55,062 nt of DNA, from sequence record DRR723986_11243; one strand, given 5' to 3'. Below are positions 54,898 to 55,062 of the stretch, in pieces. The position numbers were made by a program, and so were the translations under genes. The notes below the pieces were generated by a model, which saw nothing but the letters and a program-made list of their open reading frames with translations, did not search any database and was not told where the DNA came from. The first letter of the stretch is position 1. Each line of letters opens with the position of its first letter.

Positions 54898-54963
54898 GTT
54901 TTTATTTTCTTGGGAATTGTCAAATTATAAAGGAAACTTTTAAATAGAAGATAGTTATGCTTC

Positions 54964-55024
54964 AATGCTCCGCAGTAGCTTTCTTCGTTCACCGGAATGG
55001 AATGTAGGTGAAGCTGCTGGGGTA
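54964..55024. repeat. GC-rich intergenic stem-loop, possible REP-like miniature element
   Basis: CAGTAGCTT (54973-54981) pairs with AAGCTGCTG (55011-55019), inner CACC/GGTG; only one copy in this window. Confidence 0.3.
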
Positions 55025-55062
55025 AATAAGGTAATAGGATTATTTCATGATCCTTGTGAACT

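Noticed and set aside
1079-54992. Many short ORF-track entries antisense to or overlapping real genes (e.g. 1079-1366, 3077-3394, 9778-10023, 11624-11911, 41460-41888, 43437-43760, 54783-54992)
   Set aside because: Shadow frames of well-supported genes, with no motifs or independent expression signals.
1-55062. tRNA, rRNA, IS elements, integrases, prophage or recognised defence operons
   Set aside because: None recognised; intergenic gaps are short and AT-rich. A covariance-model search would be needed to exclude small RNAs formally.

Overview
AT-rich chromosomal window from a Bacteroidota bacterium, most likely Flavobacteriales. This is inferred from TAnnTTTG housekeeping promoters, A-rich SD-less start regions, T9SS C-terminal domains, the parA-parB-DUF5683 order and DUF4494/DUF4924/DUF4294/DUF5606/DUF1573 genes. 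It holds about 57 compact genes. Housekeeping genes include a mitochondrial-type aconitase, parAB, proC, uvrA, pdxH, sucC, map and an M3 oligopeptidase. Envelope and secreted proteins include OmpH, a lipid A acyltransferase, two YdcF, two GT2, two S8 proteases, an LRR-T9SS protein and many lipoproteins. Regulators include two ECF sigma factors, a LacI protein and a SiaC-like protein. I saw no rRNA, tRNA, CRISPR array, transposase or prophage gene. The most unusual locus is a 1681-aa SLC12/cation-chloride-cotransporter homologue fused through a ~640-aa helical region to a STAND-like P-loop NTPase/winged-helix module. It is translationally coupled to an MscS-family channel gene and preceded by an ECF-type promoter. 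Other notable signals: two small ORFs missing from the ORF track (a 43-aa ORF behind a sigma54-like promoter with a palindromic upstream site, and a 49-aa ORF after an ECF sigma gene); a 5' leader that pairs over the start region of that ECF sigma gene; a recurring AAC-N16/17-CGT promoter motif; an IRE-like or operator hairpin in the aconitase leader; and a SiaC homologue whose phosphoacceptor Thr is replaced by Ile. All family calls come from recognising motifs by eye, not from database searches.
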